A DNA stretch of 64,000 nucleotides from an archaeon (GTDB lineage: Archaea > Nanobdellota > Nanobdellia > Pacearchaeales > GW2011-AR1). Location: assembly GCA_043810285.1 (NCBI GenBank), contig JBDROH010000022.1, positions 8,484 to 72,483 on the forward strand, given 5' to 3'. A model generated the notes under the pieces. It searched no databases, was not told where the DNA came from, and saw nothing but the letters and a program-made list of their open reading frames with translations. Of the stretch, positions 27,250 to 37,577 are shown piece by piece (the stretch's first letter is position 1; each line of letters begins with the position of its first letter). The position numbers and the translations under genes are program-made.

Positions 27250-28917
27250 TCAAAACCCATCTCTCTTCTGATACTTAGTATGCAACAATTTCTCTGCTTT
27301 CTTACTCAACGGTTTCCCCAAATACTTCTTATAAATTTCTTTAACAATCGGATTCTCATGAGACCTCCTAAACTTCTTTCTCGAATCCTGTTTATACAAC
27401 GCCTTACTCCTTAATCCTAAAACTTTCTCATCAAAATAAATCGGTTGCCCTCCCCCACCAACACATCCTCCAGGACAAGCCATCATCTCAATAAAATGAT
27501 ACTTATCTTTATCTTTCAACAACCTCCGAATATTCGCCCCACCATTTGCACAAGCATATTTGATAGTTTTATCCCCCAACTTTACCGACCCTGTTTTTAT
27601 CCCCTTAGAATCCCGAAGATTATCAAACTCAACTTTCCTAAGTTCTTTCCCCGCCACAATCTCATAACTCGTCCTCAACGCCGCTTCCATAACTCCTCCA
27701 GCAGTTCCAAAAATATCTCCAGCCCCACTCGCAATTCCAAGAATAGGATCAAATTCCTGATCTTCGAGTTTAGCAAAATCAATATTTTTTTGTTTAATCA
27801 ACCTACCCAACTCTCTCGTCGTAAGAACATAATCCACTTCAGTATTCAACTCAGGACGCGTAGACTCAAACTTCTTCGCAACACAAGGCATAATACTCAC
27901 GACGACAATATCCTTCGGATTTATCTTTGCCTTCTCCGCATAATACGTTTTAATAAGTATACCTAACATTTCATGAGGACTCTTACACGTCGACATATTC
28001 GGAATAAGCTCGGGATAAAAATGCTCCATCATCAAAATCCAACTCGGACAACACGTAGTAATCATCGGGAACAATCCTCCCCCCTTAATCCTCTTCAACA
28101 ATTCTGCAGACTCTTCCATAATAGTCATATCAGCCCCCAAATCCACGTCGAACACCATATCAAAACCACATTGCTTTAATGCTGTAACCATTTTCCCAGT
28201 AACCAAAGTCCCATATTTCATACCAAAAAGTTCCCCTAACGTTGCTCTTATCGACGGTGCTGTCTGCGCAACAACATGCTTCTTAGGATTATCCAATGCC
28301 TCAATAACTTCTTTCAAATGCGACCGCTCAGAAATGGCCCCCACAGGACAATTAATCAAACACTGTCCACATTTTATACAAGCAATATCAGACAAATGTT
28401 TTTCATTATACGGGGTCACATGCTCATTATGTGCCCGACTCGCAAAATCCACTGCAAAAATTTCCTGAATTTTTCCACAGACCTGAACACACCGTCCACA
28501 ATTAACACATTTATTATTATCTCTAACAAGTGCCGCCCCAAGTTCGGGAACATAATTTTTAATCGATTTGAATCTCTCATTATCCAAACCAACCTGCTCA
28601 TAAATTTCTCTCGCCTCAAAATCATTCGACAGTGCACCAATATTTACACCAGGATTCATCAACTCCATATTTCTCCGTCGAGCTTTCAAAACTTTTTTAG
28701 AAGAAGTCATAATTTTAGAATACTCTTTCGCCCTTGTAGAACAAGCAGTCACCAATTTCCCGTCAAGGTCAACCAAACATAATCGACATCTTGCCTCAGG
28801 AAATAAACTTTTGTGATAACATAATGTAGGAATTTTAATATTCTGTTTCTGACATATTTCTAAAATTGTTTTCCCCTCATCGACTTCCAAGTTCTTCCCA
28901 TCAATTGTTATTTTCAT
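27250..28917 (-). CDS. hydA: [FeFe]-hydrogenase group A catalytic subunit
   Basis: H-cluster motifs TTCCPSW, MPCVAKKFE, EMMACPGGCVGGGGQP; N-terminal 2Fe-2S and 2x4Fe-4S. Confidence 0.95.
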   Translation of the reverse strand: MKITIDGKNLEVDEGKTILEICQKQNIKIPTLCYHKSLFPEARCRLCLVDLDGKLVTACSTRAKEYSKIMTSSKKVLKARRRNMELMNPGVNIGALSNDFEAREIYEQVGLDNERFKSIKNYVPELGAALVRDNNKCVNCGRCVQVCGKIQEIFAVDFASRAHNEHVTPYNEKHLSDIACIKCGQCLINCPVGAISERSHLKEVIEALDNPKKHVVAQTAPSIRATLGELFGMKYGTLVTGKMVTALKQCGFDMVFDVDLGADMTIMEESAELLKRIKGGGLFPMITTCCPSWILMMEHFYPELIPNMSTCKSPHEMLGILIKTYYAEKAKINPKDIVVVSIMPCVAKKFESTRPELNTEVDYVLTTRELGRLIKQKNIDFAKLEDQEFDPILGIASGAGDIFGTAGGVMEAALRTSYEIVAGKELRKVEFDNLRDSKGIKTGSVKLGDKTIKYACANGGANIRRLLKDKDKYHFIEMMACPGGCVGGGGQPIYFDEKVLGLRSKALYKQDSRKKFRRSHENPIVKEIYKKYLGKPLSKKAEKLLHTKYQKRDGF

Positions 28918-30029
28918 TTTATATACTCCCGATAATCTTTTTTAAAATGTTTAAGACTTGTCAATATATGATTTCCACAAGACTGTCCTAATCCACACAA
29001 ACTAGTTTCCTGAATATGTTCTGCAAATTCTTTCAATAACTTTATATCACTCTCGTTGGCCTTTTTATTCTTTATTTTTTTCAACAAATTAACTAATCTT
29101 ATCGTTCCCTCTCTGCACGGAGTACATTTTCCGCAAGACTCGTAAGTATAAAATTTCGCAATACTCAAGCATATATCGACGATGTTATGTCTCTCACCAA
29201 TAAGAATAATACTAAACGCTCCGTGCTGACAATCACTTTTACATATAGTCTCTTGAGACACCGAGGAATTTTTATTAATCGGCATAATCCCTCCAAAACA
29301 ACCAAAAGACATTGCCTTAATTTTCTCCTTGGGTTTAACTGTCTCCAAAATCGTTGACATTTTCACTCCAAGTTCCCATTCATAAACTCCTGGATGATTA
29401 ACATCTCCCGAAATAGAAAACAGCCTATAATCCGGATTCCAATCTTCGTATACCAATGCTTGGGGAACACAAGTTAATGTCTCGACGTTATTCAATACAG
29501 TTGGTTTACCCCATAACCCTGAAATAGTAGGATAAGGAGGCTTGTACATTGAACTACCCCTATTCCCCATTATCGATTGAATAATTGCAGTCTCTTCCCC
29601 ACAAACATACGCACCAGCCCCCCTAACAATTTCAATAGAAACTTTCATCTTAGATTTCTTTAACATCTCTTTTATCTTTTCCTCAAGCTCTTCTCTCAAA
29701 TAATCATACTCTCCTCGAAGATAAATAAAACACCTCTTAACTTTCAAAACATAAGCTGCAATTAACAGTCCTTCAATCATTGTCTCAGGATTATTTTTTA
29801 AAATAAATTTATCCTTAAAAGTTCCTGGCTCACCTTCATCAGCGTTACATATAACATATCGTTCTTTTGCCTTTGTATCCATTGCCACCCCCCATTTTTT
29901 TGCAACAGAAAAATTTACACCTCCCCGACCGCCCAATTTCTTCTTCGATAAAATCTCAAGAACCTTCTTTCGCCCAATTTTTTTAGCCAATTTCAAACCG
30001 GCCAATTTCGTCTCTCTAAGTATCTGCAT
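28914..30029 (-). CDS. hydB: NuoF-like NADH/FMN-binding hydrogenase subunit
   Basis: GRGG, CNADEGEPGTFKD, GAGAYVCGEETA, SCGKCTPCREG, SLCGLG. Confidence 0.9.
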   Translation of the reverse strand: MQILRETKLAGLKLAKKIGRKKVLEILSKKKLGGRGGVNFSVAKKWGVAMDTKAKERYVICNADEGEPGTFKDKFILKNNPETMIEGLLIAAYVLKVKRCFIYLRGEYDYLREELEEKIKEMLKKSKMKVSIEIVRGAGAYVCGEETAIIQSIMGNRGSSMYKPPYPTISGLWGKPTVLNNVETLTCVPQALVYEDWNPDYRLFSISGDVNHPGVYEWELGVKMSTILETVKPKEKIKAMSFGCFGGIMPINKNSSVSQETICKSDCQHGAFSIILIGERHNIVDICLSIAKFYTYESCGKCTPCREGTIRLVNLLKKIKNKKANESDIKLLKEFAEHIQETSLCGLGQSCGNHILTSLKHFKKDYREYIK

Positions 30030-30444
30030 TTTTTCTTAATTCTCCCAAAATTTCCTTAACTCGTTGGATTGTTAATTTTGTATAAGGCACCCCATTAACC
30101 AACATCGCTGGAGCTTCATCACAACACCCGATACATGAAGTTTTATAAACAGAAAACAAATTATCTTTACTAGTTTCTCCAATTTCAATTTTCAATTCTT
30201 TTTCTAAAAAGTTTTCTATCTCTCTACTTCTGTTTAAAATACAACTTGGAGATCCACATAATTCTATTACATATTTTCCTTGTTTTTTGATTTTTAGCAT
30301 AGTATAAAATGTAGCAACCCCATAAAGCTTAGATATCGGAATATCGTATTCTATGCTAATTTCTTTTAAATTTTTTTCAGAAAGATAACCCTCTCTATCT
30401 TGTACTTCATGCAATATATTCAAAAGTATTTTATCTTCCATCAC
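30016..30444 (-). CDS. hydC: NuoE-like 2Fe-2S hydrogenase subunit
   Basis: GVATFY, CGSPSC, CIGCCDEAP. Confidence 0.9.
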   Translation of the reverse strand: MMEDKILLNILHEVQDREGYLSEKNLKEISIEYDIPISKLYGVATFYTMLKIKKQGKYVIELCGSPSCILNRSREIENFLEKELKIEIGETSKDNLFSVYKTSCIGCCDEAPAMLVNGVPYTKLTIQRVKEILGELRKNADT

Positions 30445-31067
30445 ACAATCAACTCTTTTAACTCCTTCCGGGGATTTTTAGCATTACAAATCGCAGAACT
30501 AACTGCAATACCTGAAGCTCCAAGTTTCATTGCAATCTTAACATCCTCAGAAGAATGAATTCCTGCACCGACGAGAAAATTCATTTTCAAGCTCTTCTTT
30601 ATCTTCTCTATTAATTCCGGTTTAGACTTCGAAACAGAAATCTTACCACCAACAAGTTCTGGAGGTTCTATTACTAAATAATCAGGATTCAACTTTTCAA
30701 TTTTCAAAGCCTCCCCCAACGACGAAGCAAAAACCACAGTCTTCAAACCAACCTTATTACATCTCTTAATCGTCCTCTTTAAAATATCAAAATCCAACTT
30801 ATGTTCAGAATGATTTAAAAAACTTCCAATAGCTTTCTCACTTTTTACAGCCTCGGGAAGAACAAATCCTGTAGCTCGGCCTTTTTCCAAACAATCTACA
30901 TGCTGACTATAAACTTTTAATTTAGTCTTCTTAACAATCTCACAAATATCACTTGCCTGAACACCGACGATAATGTTCTTATCAACCTCCTCAATCTGCT
31001 TAGCTAAATTAACTGCTTCCTTTCCTTGCTTATATGTCTTAAAGTTTACAATAATAATCGGTTTCAT
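30441..31067 (-). CDS. tpiA: Triosephosphate isomerase, archaeal type
   Basis: VNFKTY, LNHSEH, EPPELVG, GAGI. Confidence 0.93.
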   Translation of the reverse strand: MKPIIIVNFKTYKQGKEAVNLAKQIEEVDKNIIVGVQASDICEIVKKTKLKVYSQHVDCLEKGRATGFVLPEAVKSEKAIGSFLNHSEHKLDFDILKRTIKRCNKVGLKTVVFASSLGEALKIEKLNPDYLVIEPPELVGGKISVSKSKPELIEKIKKSLKMNFLVGAGIHSSEDVKIAMKLGASGIAVSSAICNAKNPRKELKELIV

Positions 31068-32257
31068 TTTAAACCATCCTTTCTTAACAAAATATATTCG
31101 GCATGACTCCATCCCAAGGGATTCGCCCAATAAACCATTTTTCTTCCTCTAAAATTTTTAACTGACTTTTCAGCTTTTTTCATTTCATTTATAATTCTCG
31201 AATTAAACTCAATTTCATGAGACTTCCAATCATCATATTCCTCTTTCGTCGCAATATGTTCCGGTAACAATCCATCTGAAAAAAAAGAAACTTCCCTTAA
31301 CCATTTAATACATTCGTTATATCCTCTCTTATTTTTAACCTTTTTATAAAATCTAGCAACCATTGCAGTGAGAGCACACCAACTTCCAGAACCTCCAGTA
31401 TACCAATGCCAATCATCACAAATCTCAAATTTTCTAAACCTTCTAAATCCTCCAATTTCACCATCCCAAATATGCTTTCTTAAATAAGCCAATGTATTCC
31501 TCAAAACTTTTTCATCATCATCAACATTAAAATAAAATGGAGCCAACTGAGAAATATCTGGGGAATCTGGAAACCTCTTATTTTTAATATAAATCTTAAG
31601 TTTCTTATTGAACAATCTCTTCTCAATATTCCCTTTAATTTTCTCCGCCTTTTTGTCCCACTCTTTGCTTTCTTTTTTATGATTCATTATTTCCGCAATC
31701 TTGGCCGCATCTTTTAATCCTCGATAACAAGCACAATTCACCCAGAGATCATATCCCTTCTCAAGTTTTTTGAATTCGTGAATACTAGAATTAGTTTTAA
31801 CTAACCCAAATCTAGAATAAGAAAATATAAGCCCAACGACTTGTTCAACTGTCGTCCACATATTCTCAAGAAAAGTCTCTTTCTTATTATGCAAATAAGT
31901 ATCATATATCCCGTGCAACAACAATCCCTCATTATCATTTTGAACTTTCCGTGTTACAGAAGGCAATCCTGAAGAGGTATACCTCTGAAAAACCTCTTTA
32001 TAATTTTCGACCTTAACTGCTTTTTTCATAAAATAATAAAATTTCTCCGAAGCATCAGCCATCCCTATACGATTCAATGCCTTACTAATAATAACGCTAT
32101 CCCTCGTATAAACATATGGATACGCCGCATCCTTGGGGGTCGCAAGTATACCTCCATTTTTTAACCGCAAAGACTTGACAACCTCTTCACTCTTTTTCAA
32201 CAAATCTATCTTACCTCTAGAAGTCTTAGAACTTAAAGTCATAATCATGTCCTGCAT
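31064..32257 (-). CDS. GH15-family glucoamylase-like glycoside hydrolase (start uncertain)
   Basis: YVYTRDS, Q-x-D-x-x-G, LLPEH, PLGWSHAEY. Confidence 0.8.
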   Translation of the reverse strand: MQDMIMTLSSKTSRGKIDLLKKSEEVVKSLRLKNGGILATPKDAAYPYVYTRDSVIISKALNRIGMADASEKFYYFMKKAVKVENYKEVFQRYTSSGLPSVTRKVQNDNEGLLLHGIYDTYLHNKKETFLENMWTTVEQVVGLIFSYSRFGLVKTNSSIHEFKKLEKGYDLWVNCACYRGLKDAAKIAEIMNHKKESKEWDKKAEKIKGNIEKRLFNKKLKIYIKNKRFPDSPDISQLAPFYFNVDDDEKVLRNTLAYLRKHIWDGEIGGFRRFRKFEICDDWHWYTGGSGSWCALTAMVARFYKKVKNKRGYNECIKWLREVSFFSDGLLPEHIATKEEYDDWKSHEIEFNSRIINEMKKAEKSVKNFRGRKMVYWANPLGWSHAEYILLRKDGLK

Positions 32258-32663
32258 TTTTACTATAGATTGTAAAAACTTCTAAATTACTTTTCCCAGT
32301 GTTAATAAGCCTATGTCCAGACTTCCCAGGGATAAAATAAATTTTACCCTTCTTCATATTTATTTCCTTAATTTTATTCTTTTCTTTAATCAAAAGTTTC
32401 CCTTTCCCGTTGATCAACATATAAATTTCCTCGACGGGATTTCTATGTCTATGCCCCTTAGTCATAAAATATTCTTTTCCAATCTTCCCAGATTCAATAA
32501 CTGTCAAACCAGTTTCAAAACTTTTAAAATCTTTAATATACACCACATAAATCAAAGGGTTCCCTTTAATTTCAGATTTATATTTATCCTTCATATCGGT
32601 ATACCTTCTTACCATTTTTTTATCGCACAACTTCTTTAAGTTTTTATAATCTACTTCAATCAT
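32226..32663 (-). CDS. pgi: Cupin-type glucose-6-phosphate isomerase
   Basis: EYFMTKGHRH, EIY, HRLINTG, GHDY. Confidence 0.85.
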   Translation of the reverse strand: MIEVDYKNLKKLCDKKMVRRYTDMKDKYKSEIKGNPLIYVVYIKDFKSFETGLTVIESGKIGKEYFMTKGHRHRNPVEEIYMLINGKGKLLIKEKNKIKEINMKKGKIYFIPGKSGHRLINTGKSNLEVFTIYSKNAGHDYDFKF

Positions 32664-33411
32664 TTTTCCAAATCACCCCACTTATTTTTTTAGAAATCTT
32701 CAAAGGATTTTTGCTCTGCCAAACATTTCTCCCAATAGCAAACCCCGAACATCCAACCTTCATCGCTTCCTTTACTTCTTTAATCAAATCACTCTCATCT
32801 TTTTTTCTTCCACCAGCAATAACTACTCGAACCTTTCCCGCACTTTTAATCGCCCAAGCTAAATCCTCTTTTTTTCCAGTAGATTGAATCTTAATAATAT
32901 CTGCGCCAATCTCTAACCCCACCCTTGCAGCATAAGCCATCAAATCTTTTTTCTTTTTCCCAGAAACCCCTTTTCCTCGAGGATAAATCCAACAAATCAC
33001 TGGCAGACTATTCTTGTGTGCCTCTCTTTGTATCCCTTCAAACTCAGACAACATTTCCTCCTCATGTTTACTCCCAATATAAATTGTATATCCTACTGCA
33101 ACCGCACCAAGACTAATCGCTTCCTTTATCGTACAAAGTTGTTTTGATATAGGATCTCCTCCAACCAAATTTGTTTTCCCATTAAGTTTTATTATCAAAG
33201 GAACCTTACTTAATTTTATTTCCTGATTATACTTTTCCGCAATCCCTTTCTGAAAAATAATTCCGGTATACTTTCCCTCTTTTGCAATCTTTATAATATA
33301 TTCAGGATCTACATTCTTATCATTAAAATCCATCGGCCCATGTTCCAACCCCTGATCATAAGCTAAAAACAACGCCCTTCCCTTTCTCATAATTTTATTT
33401 AATTTAATCAT
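32656..33411 (-). CDS. Class I (DhnA-type) fructose-bisphosphate aldolase
   Basis: AYDQGLEHGP, WIYPRG, GADIIK, AIGRNVWQ. Confidence 0.92.
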   Translation of the reverse strand: MIKLNKIMRKGRALFLAYDQGLEHGPMDFNDKNVDPEYIIKIAKEGKYTGIIFQKGIAEKYNQEIKLSKVPLIIKLNGKTNLVGGDPISKQLCTIKEAISLGAVAVGYTIYIGSKHEEEMLSEFEGIQREAHKNSLPVICWIYPRGKGVSGKKKKDLMAYAARVGLEIGADIIKIQSTGKKEDLAWAIKSAGKVRVVIAGGRKKDESDLIKEVKEAMKVGCSGFAIGRNVWQSKNPLKISKKISGVIWKND

Positions 33412-34364
33412 TTTAACTTCATCCTTAATAATTTATTTTTCGCCCCAAAGTATCTAATTACAGATTCACTCTCCTTCAAACCTAATTTCAAACTTTCAGG
33501 AATCGTCTTTCCCACAATCATCCCGGCAACAAATCCTGAAGCAAACGCATCTCCAGCCCCAGTTCTTTCAACAACCTTAACTTTATTCGGCTTCAAAAAA
33601 TAATCTTCATTCCCGTCGCTACAACTTATCAAATTATTCTTATCAGTTATAACAATAATCTTCGGACCCAACTCCCTCAAACAAACCATCAAATTTCCCT
33701 TCTTCTTATACTTCTTGCAAAGCATCTCAGCTTCTTCTTTATTTAAAATTAAGACATCACATAATTTTAACATCGACGTCAAATCTTCTCTCTTAATCAA
33801 ATATTCTCCAGGATTAAATGCCAACTTCGTCCCTTCTTTTTTTAGTTTCATTACAAGTTTTTCTTGCGTCCGAAGACTCTTTCCCAGAACCGAAGAAAAA
33901 TAAAGCCAATCAGTTTTAAATTTCGGAATCTCGCTTAACCTAACATCATTCCCCGGACCCTTAAATGTTAAAATAGTTCTACTCCGATCTTTACTATCAA
34001 GAATTATAGAATACCCGGTTTTGCCTTTTATCTTCGAGCCAAGAAATTTAATTTTTTCATTTTTCAACATATTCAAAATATCTTGTCCATTATTGTCGTC
34101 GCCAATCTTACAAATACATCCAGTTCCTAATCCCAAACGTGCAAAAGCAACCGCAGTATTCGTTGCCCCTCCGCCAATATCAAACTTCAGATTATTGACC
34201 AGAATTTTAGAACCTGCAGGATAGTTAAACGAATTACTTCTTTCATTAAATTCAGTATCTACAAAAGCATCGATAACAGCACTTCCAAAACTAACCACCT
34301 CAAATTTCATCATCTTTTTTAGCTTATTCTCCGAAGAGAAAATTACTTCACTCCTTTTTCTCAT
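33408..34364 (-). CDS. PfkB-family carbohydrate kinase (true start may be 34313)
   Basis: GGGATNTAVAFARLG, ERTGAGDAFASG. Confidence 0.9.
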   Translation of the reverse strand: MRKRSEVIFSSENKLKKMMKFEVVSFGSAVIDAFVDTEFNERSNSFNYPAGSKILVNNLKFDIGGGATNTAVAFARLGLGTGCICKIGDDNNGQDILNMLKNEKIKFLGSKIKGKTGYSIILDSKDRSRTILTFKGPGNDVRLSEIPKFKTDWLYFSSVLGKSLRTQEKLVMKLKKEGTKLAFNPGEYLIKREDLTSMLKLCDVLILNKEEAEMLCKKYKKKGNLMVCLRELGPKIIVITDKNNLISCSDGNEDYFLKPNKVKVVERTGAGDAFASGFVAGMIVGKTIPESLKLGLKESESVIRYFGAKNKLLRMKLK

Positions 34365-34560
34365 TATTAGTAGATTTAATTAATTAAAAGCTTTTGTATT
34401 TCTAATTTAATGTCAAGTCATACCTCTATTCAGCAAACTTCTTACCGAATACCAGTCCAAACATAATTCGGACAACCTCCAATTCTATTGTTCCCAACTT
34501 TATCAACTCTCAACAAATCACAATAATCTCGAGAATCAATTTTCACCGACGAATCAGATT

Positions 34561-35121
34561 TTAGAACCGAACCGCGTCCCTACTCTGCTCACTCGACATT
34601 CCAATACTAATTCCTAAAGAAATCAAACCCTTCTCACCAATAATCTCTTTTCCAGTCTCGGCAAAACTCGCAATTCTAATTGGACACCGAGCCTTCCGAC
34701 AAATCTTAATATTTTGAATCAACCTAGACAAACGCAAAGCTTTCGCATTACTATCTAATCTCGACACCTCGCCAAAATCAATAACTATAGTTACACATCG
34801 CTTAGTCGCTTCCCCTGCGATAACATGATTCAATCCAGAATCTCTCTGCTTTAAACTATCATTTTTCAAACCCCGTTCAGGAGAAACCAGATAGTCTACT
34901 TTCAATGTTTCAATAGCCCGACGATTAAATACACTGTCCCCTCCAACGACAGCAATAACTTTCTCTTTTCCTTTTAAAGATTCAATAATCTTCCGAGCTT
35001 CATTCTCCGAAGCCTCAATCAAATAGCCATCGCAATCATCTTTCTCTAAAACTTCTGACTTTGATTTTATCTTCTTCAAAAAAATTGAATCTTTTGTTTT
35101 GAATAAAGTTATGTCTTTCAT
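34561..35121 (-). CDS. RNase P protein subunit p30-like
   Basis: FNRRAIE, RDSGLNHV, QNIKIC, ASFA. Confidence 0.7.
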   Translation of the reverse strand: MKDITLFKTKDSIFLKKIKSKSEVLEKDDCDGYLIEASENEARKIIESLKGKEKVIAVVGGDSVFNRRAIETLKVDYLVSPERGLKNDSLKQRDSGLNHVIAGEATKRCVTIVIDFGEVSRLDSNAKALRLSRLIQNIKICRKARCPIRIASFAETGKEIIGEKGLISLGISIGMSSEQSRDAVRF

Positions 35122-35801
35122 CCCGCTATCAAGGTTCCCCCAAAATTCTTTTCCCCTTTCAGAATTTTATCAATCGCCGTCAAAGAACCAACAATATATG
35201 TCGGAATTTTCTTTTTCAAAATAACTTTCGCTGCAGATTGGTCAAGGACAAAATGCTGTCCAGCCTTGAACTTTATCTTTCTAGTAATCTTTTCAAAATC
35301 CTTCCAAGTTATTTCCCTTATGAATTTTGCATTTTTATTAGTCTTAGGATTAGAAGTATACAAGCCTTTTACATTCGTGAGATTTATGAAAGGGCATTCC
35401 AAATATGCTGAAAGTTTTGCAGCAGTCCCATCCGAAGTATTACTTTTCTCATACCTCAAACCCCCGCAAAAAACAATTTGATTTTTGTTAAGTAAATCCT
35501 TAACTTTTTTCATATTATTTGGAATAACTTCATTCGCACTCTTACCAAAAAATCTCGCCATAAATCCTGCATGAAGTCTCGTAATTGCAATCCCCGAAAT
35601 AGACTGCGACTTCGTAGTCTTCCCCAATTTCCTCAACGCTGAAATATATTTCCTAGCGGTAGAACCTCCCCCAGTCACCCCAACAAACTTATGAGAAGGA
35701 TGTGAATCAACTAATTTTTTGAAGCTCATAAGAAACTTCTCATCTACTTCATCAGGAACAATCCGTGAACCACCGAGAGAAATCACCCAAACTTTTTTCA
35801 T
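35118..35801 (-). CDS. pyrH: Uridylate kinase
   Basis: ISLGGS, TGGGSTARKY, TSDGTAA, TNVKGLYTSNP. Confidence 0.9.
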   Translation of the reverse strand: MKKVWVISLGGSRIVPDEVDEKFLMSFKKLVDSHPSHKFVGVTGGGSTARKYISALRKLGKTTKSQSISGIAITRLHAGFMARFFGKSANEVIPNNMKKVKDLLNKNQIVFCGGLRYEKSNTSDGTAAKLSAYLECPFINLTNVKGLYTSNPKTNKNAKFIREITWKDFEKITRKIKFKAGQHFVLDQSAAKVILKKKIPTYIVGSLTAIDKILKGEKNFGGTLIAG

Positions 35802-35840
35802 AGATTGAGAGAGCGATTTAGATTTATATAGATTGTGGAA

Positions 35841-36122
35841 TCAACAAACAGTAAACAATCTATCATCACTAACATCAAATATCTTCAATCGAACTCCCGA
35901 ATCTAACCACCCGTGTGCATAATTCAAAGCCGCGAAAGCATTAACCAAATCACCCTTGTCCCCGAAGTGATGTGCATCCGAAACATAATTCCCAACCATA
36001 TCGATTATTTCTTTAGCCTCATTTTCCTTCCCTTCAAAAATATTCTTCTTCACCTCGGCAAAAGCCGTCTCAGTCAAACTAAAATACTTCTTCAACTTCT
36101 CAATACTAATCTCATTTTGCAT
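35841..36122 (-). CDS. DUF357 protein
   Basis: YVSDAHHF...AFAALNYAHGWLDSG. Confidence 0.85.
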   Translation of the reverse strand: MQNEISIEKLKKYFSLTETAFAEVKKNIFEGKENEAKEIIDMVGNYVSDAHHFGDKGDLVNAFAALNYAHGWLDSGVRLKIFDVSDDRLFTVC

Positions 36123-36146
36123 ACTAAAATAAAACTTAAAAGTTAT

Positions 36147-36959
36147 TTAAATCTGTCTCTCGAGTAAAGAATAAGGCGTCTGCTTCCTAATCACAAACCG
36201 CGACCCAACCATATCCGATATAATTGCATTAATAGAAAAGTTACCAACACTCGCTCGGAACACACCTTCAAGTAATGGAATATGTGCGTTATCTGAAATC
36301 TCTTGTAAAATCCTCTTAATTTCATCAGGGCTCAAAGTTATCCGTGTGAGTTGTTTCTGACCTGCTCGAAGAATCATTACAGGTTCTCCTGCTCCCGAAC
36401 ATTCAATCAAAGAAATCATAGGGTCATCTAAAAGCGGTTTAATCCTCCCATAATCTTGACCTGACTCGATTCCTACTTGAATATAAGGGGCTATAATCTG
36501 ATTACTTATCTGTTGCATTTGTCGAGGAGGTGATACAGGTGCTGGTATTTCCCGATGATGAATCATTTGAGGTGGTGAAAGAGTTTGCTTTTCAATGAAC
36601 TGTTTTGGCGGGAGGAGGATGGGCATTTGTTTAACTGGAGCCTTAATAACAATCGGCTTCTGTTCCATGGGGGCCCTATCCATAATAGATAATAATCTAA
36701 TTGGAATTTTAGGAACTTCAACAACAGGTTTACCCATAGGGATAACTAATTCTTTCAAATTCTCTTTCACAAAAGGAATCTCTTTTTCCTTTAAAGAAGA
36801 CTGCATAACTTTTTCCGAGACCATTGGCACTAAGTCTGCATGAATAATGTGTTTTTCTTCATAAGAAAAATTCTGCGACCGAATGCTTTGAATTATCGCA
36901 AAAACAAATTTCCTAATAAAAGGTTCTACTGCTATTAATGATAAATCTTCAGAGTTCAT
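36147..36959 (-). CDS. Hypothetical protein; Pro-rich linker plus a domain resembling the N-domain of type II/IV secretion ATPases, no P-loop
   Basis: YGRIKPLLDDPMISLIECSG..PV. Confidence 0.6.
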   Translation of the reverse strand: MNSEDLSLIAVEPFIRKFVFAIIQSIRSQNFSYEEKHIIHADLVPMVSEKVMQSSLKEKEIPFVKENLKELVIPMGKPVVEVPKIPIRLLSIMDRAPMEQKPIVIKAPVKQMPILLPPKQFIEKQTLSPPQMIHHREIPAPVSPPRQMQQISNQIIAPYIQVGIESGQDYGRIKPLLDDPMISLIECSGAGEPVMILRAGQKQLTRITLSPDEIKRILQEISDNAHIPLLEGVFRASVGNFSINAIISDMVGSRFVIRKQTPYSLLERQI

Positions 36960-37417
36960 ATACTCGGAAGCGGTCTAGGTCTTTGAGGGGGCGCTCCCGG
37001 ATAAAAAGGTTTCTGCTCGACAACTTCAGAACGATTCCTCAAACTTTCTTCCATTAAAATCAAACCCTTCGCAATAGTTTTATTTTGATCCAACAAAGAA
37101 TCGATTTTCTTCAACATAGATTTATCATCTAACTTATCCCCTGAAATAAAACTCTTAGCAGCTTCTTCAAAAACTTGAAGCAATTTTGTAATGTTATCCG
37201 ACAGAGAACCAAATTTAACAGATAGGTTTGTCATTGCATGTTGTAACCCTACAAAATTTTCAAGCAAAAGTTCTTCACGTTCCTTGGCTGTCATTCCCTT
37301 ATTTACTGAACTCTTCCTCTCAATCTCCCTCGGAGAGTGTTCCTTCACGACAGATTTTTTAGAACCCTCACTTTCTACAACCGTAGTAACCGTCTTTTTC
37401 ACCACATCTTTTACCAT
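36956..37417 (-). CDS. Hypothetical coiled-coil protein
   Basis: 153 aa; overlaps the downstream gene by 4 nt. Confidence 0.65.
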   Translation of the reverse strand: MVKDVVKKTVTTVVESEGSKKSVVKEHSPREIERKSSVNKGMTAKEREELLLENFVGLQHAMTNLSVKFGSLSDNITKLLQVFEEAAKSFISGDKLDDKSMLKKIDSLLDQNKTIAKGLILMEESLRNRSEVVEQKPFYPGAPPQRPRPLPSI

Positions 37418-37469
37418 GACAAAACTAAGAAGCCTTTATTTATAAAAGTATTGGGCAATAAAAAATAAT

Positions 37470-37558
37470 ATGGGCTCAGCAGGAATCCTTCTCAAGATTC
37501 ACTCTAAAATTTCACATGTAATTTTTTGGGAAATTCGAGCAAATCTTTCGCCCCCGCC
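37470..37558 (-). repeat. Copy of the tRNA-Trp T-arm/3' end with 63-nt hairpin insert
   Basis: GGCGGGGG-[insert]-GATTCCTGCTGAGCCCAT vs tRNA GGCGGGGG-TTT-GATTCCTCCTGTGCCCAT. Confidence 0.75.
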
Positions 37559-37577
37559 TTGGCGCGTGTTTGATAAA

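Noticed and set aside
27445..28782. Long antisense ORFs over hydA, and similar ones over tuf, fusA, rpoA/B and ileS
   Set aside because: They are shadows of well-supported genes on the opposite strand and show no motifs of their own.
28914..30444. Respiratory complex I (nuoE/nuoF)
   Set aside because: No other nuo genes are present, and the overlap with hydA identifies them as hydrogenase subunits.
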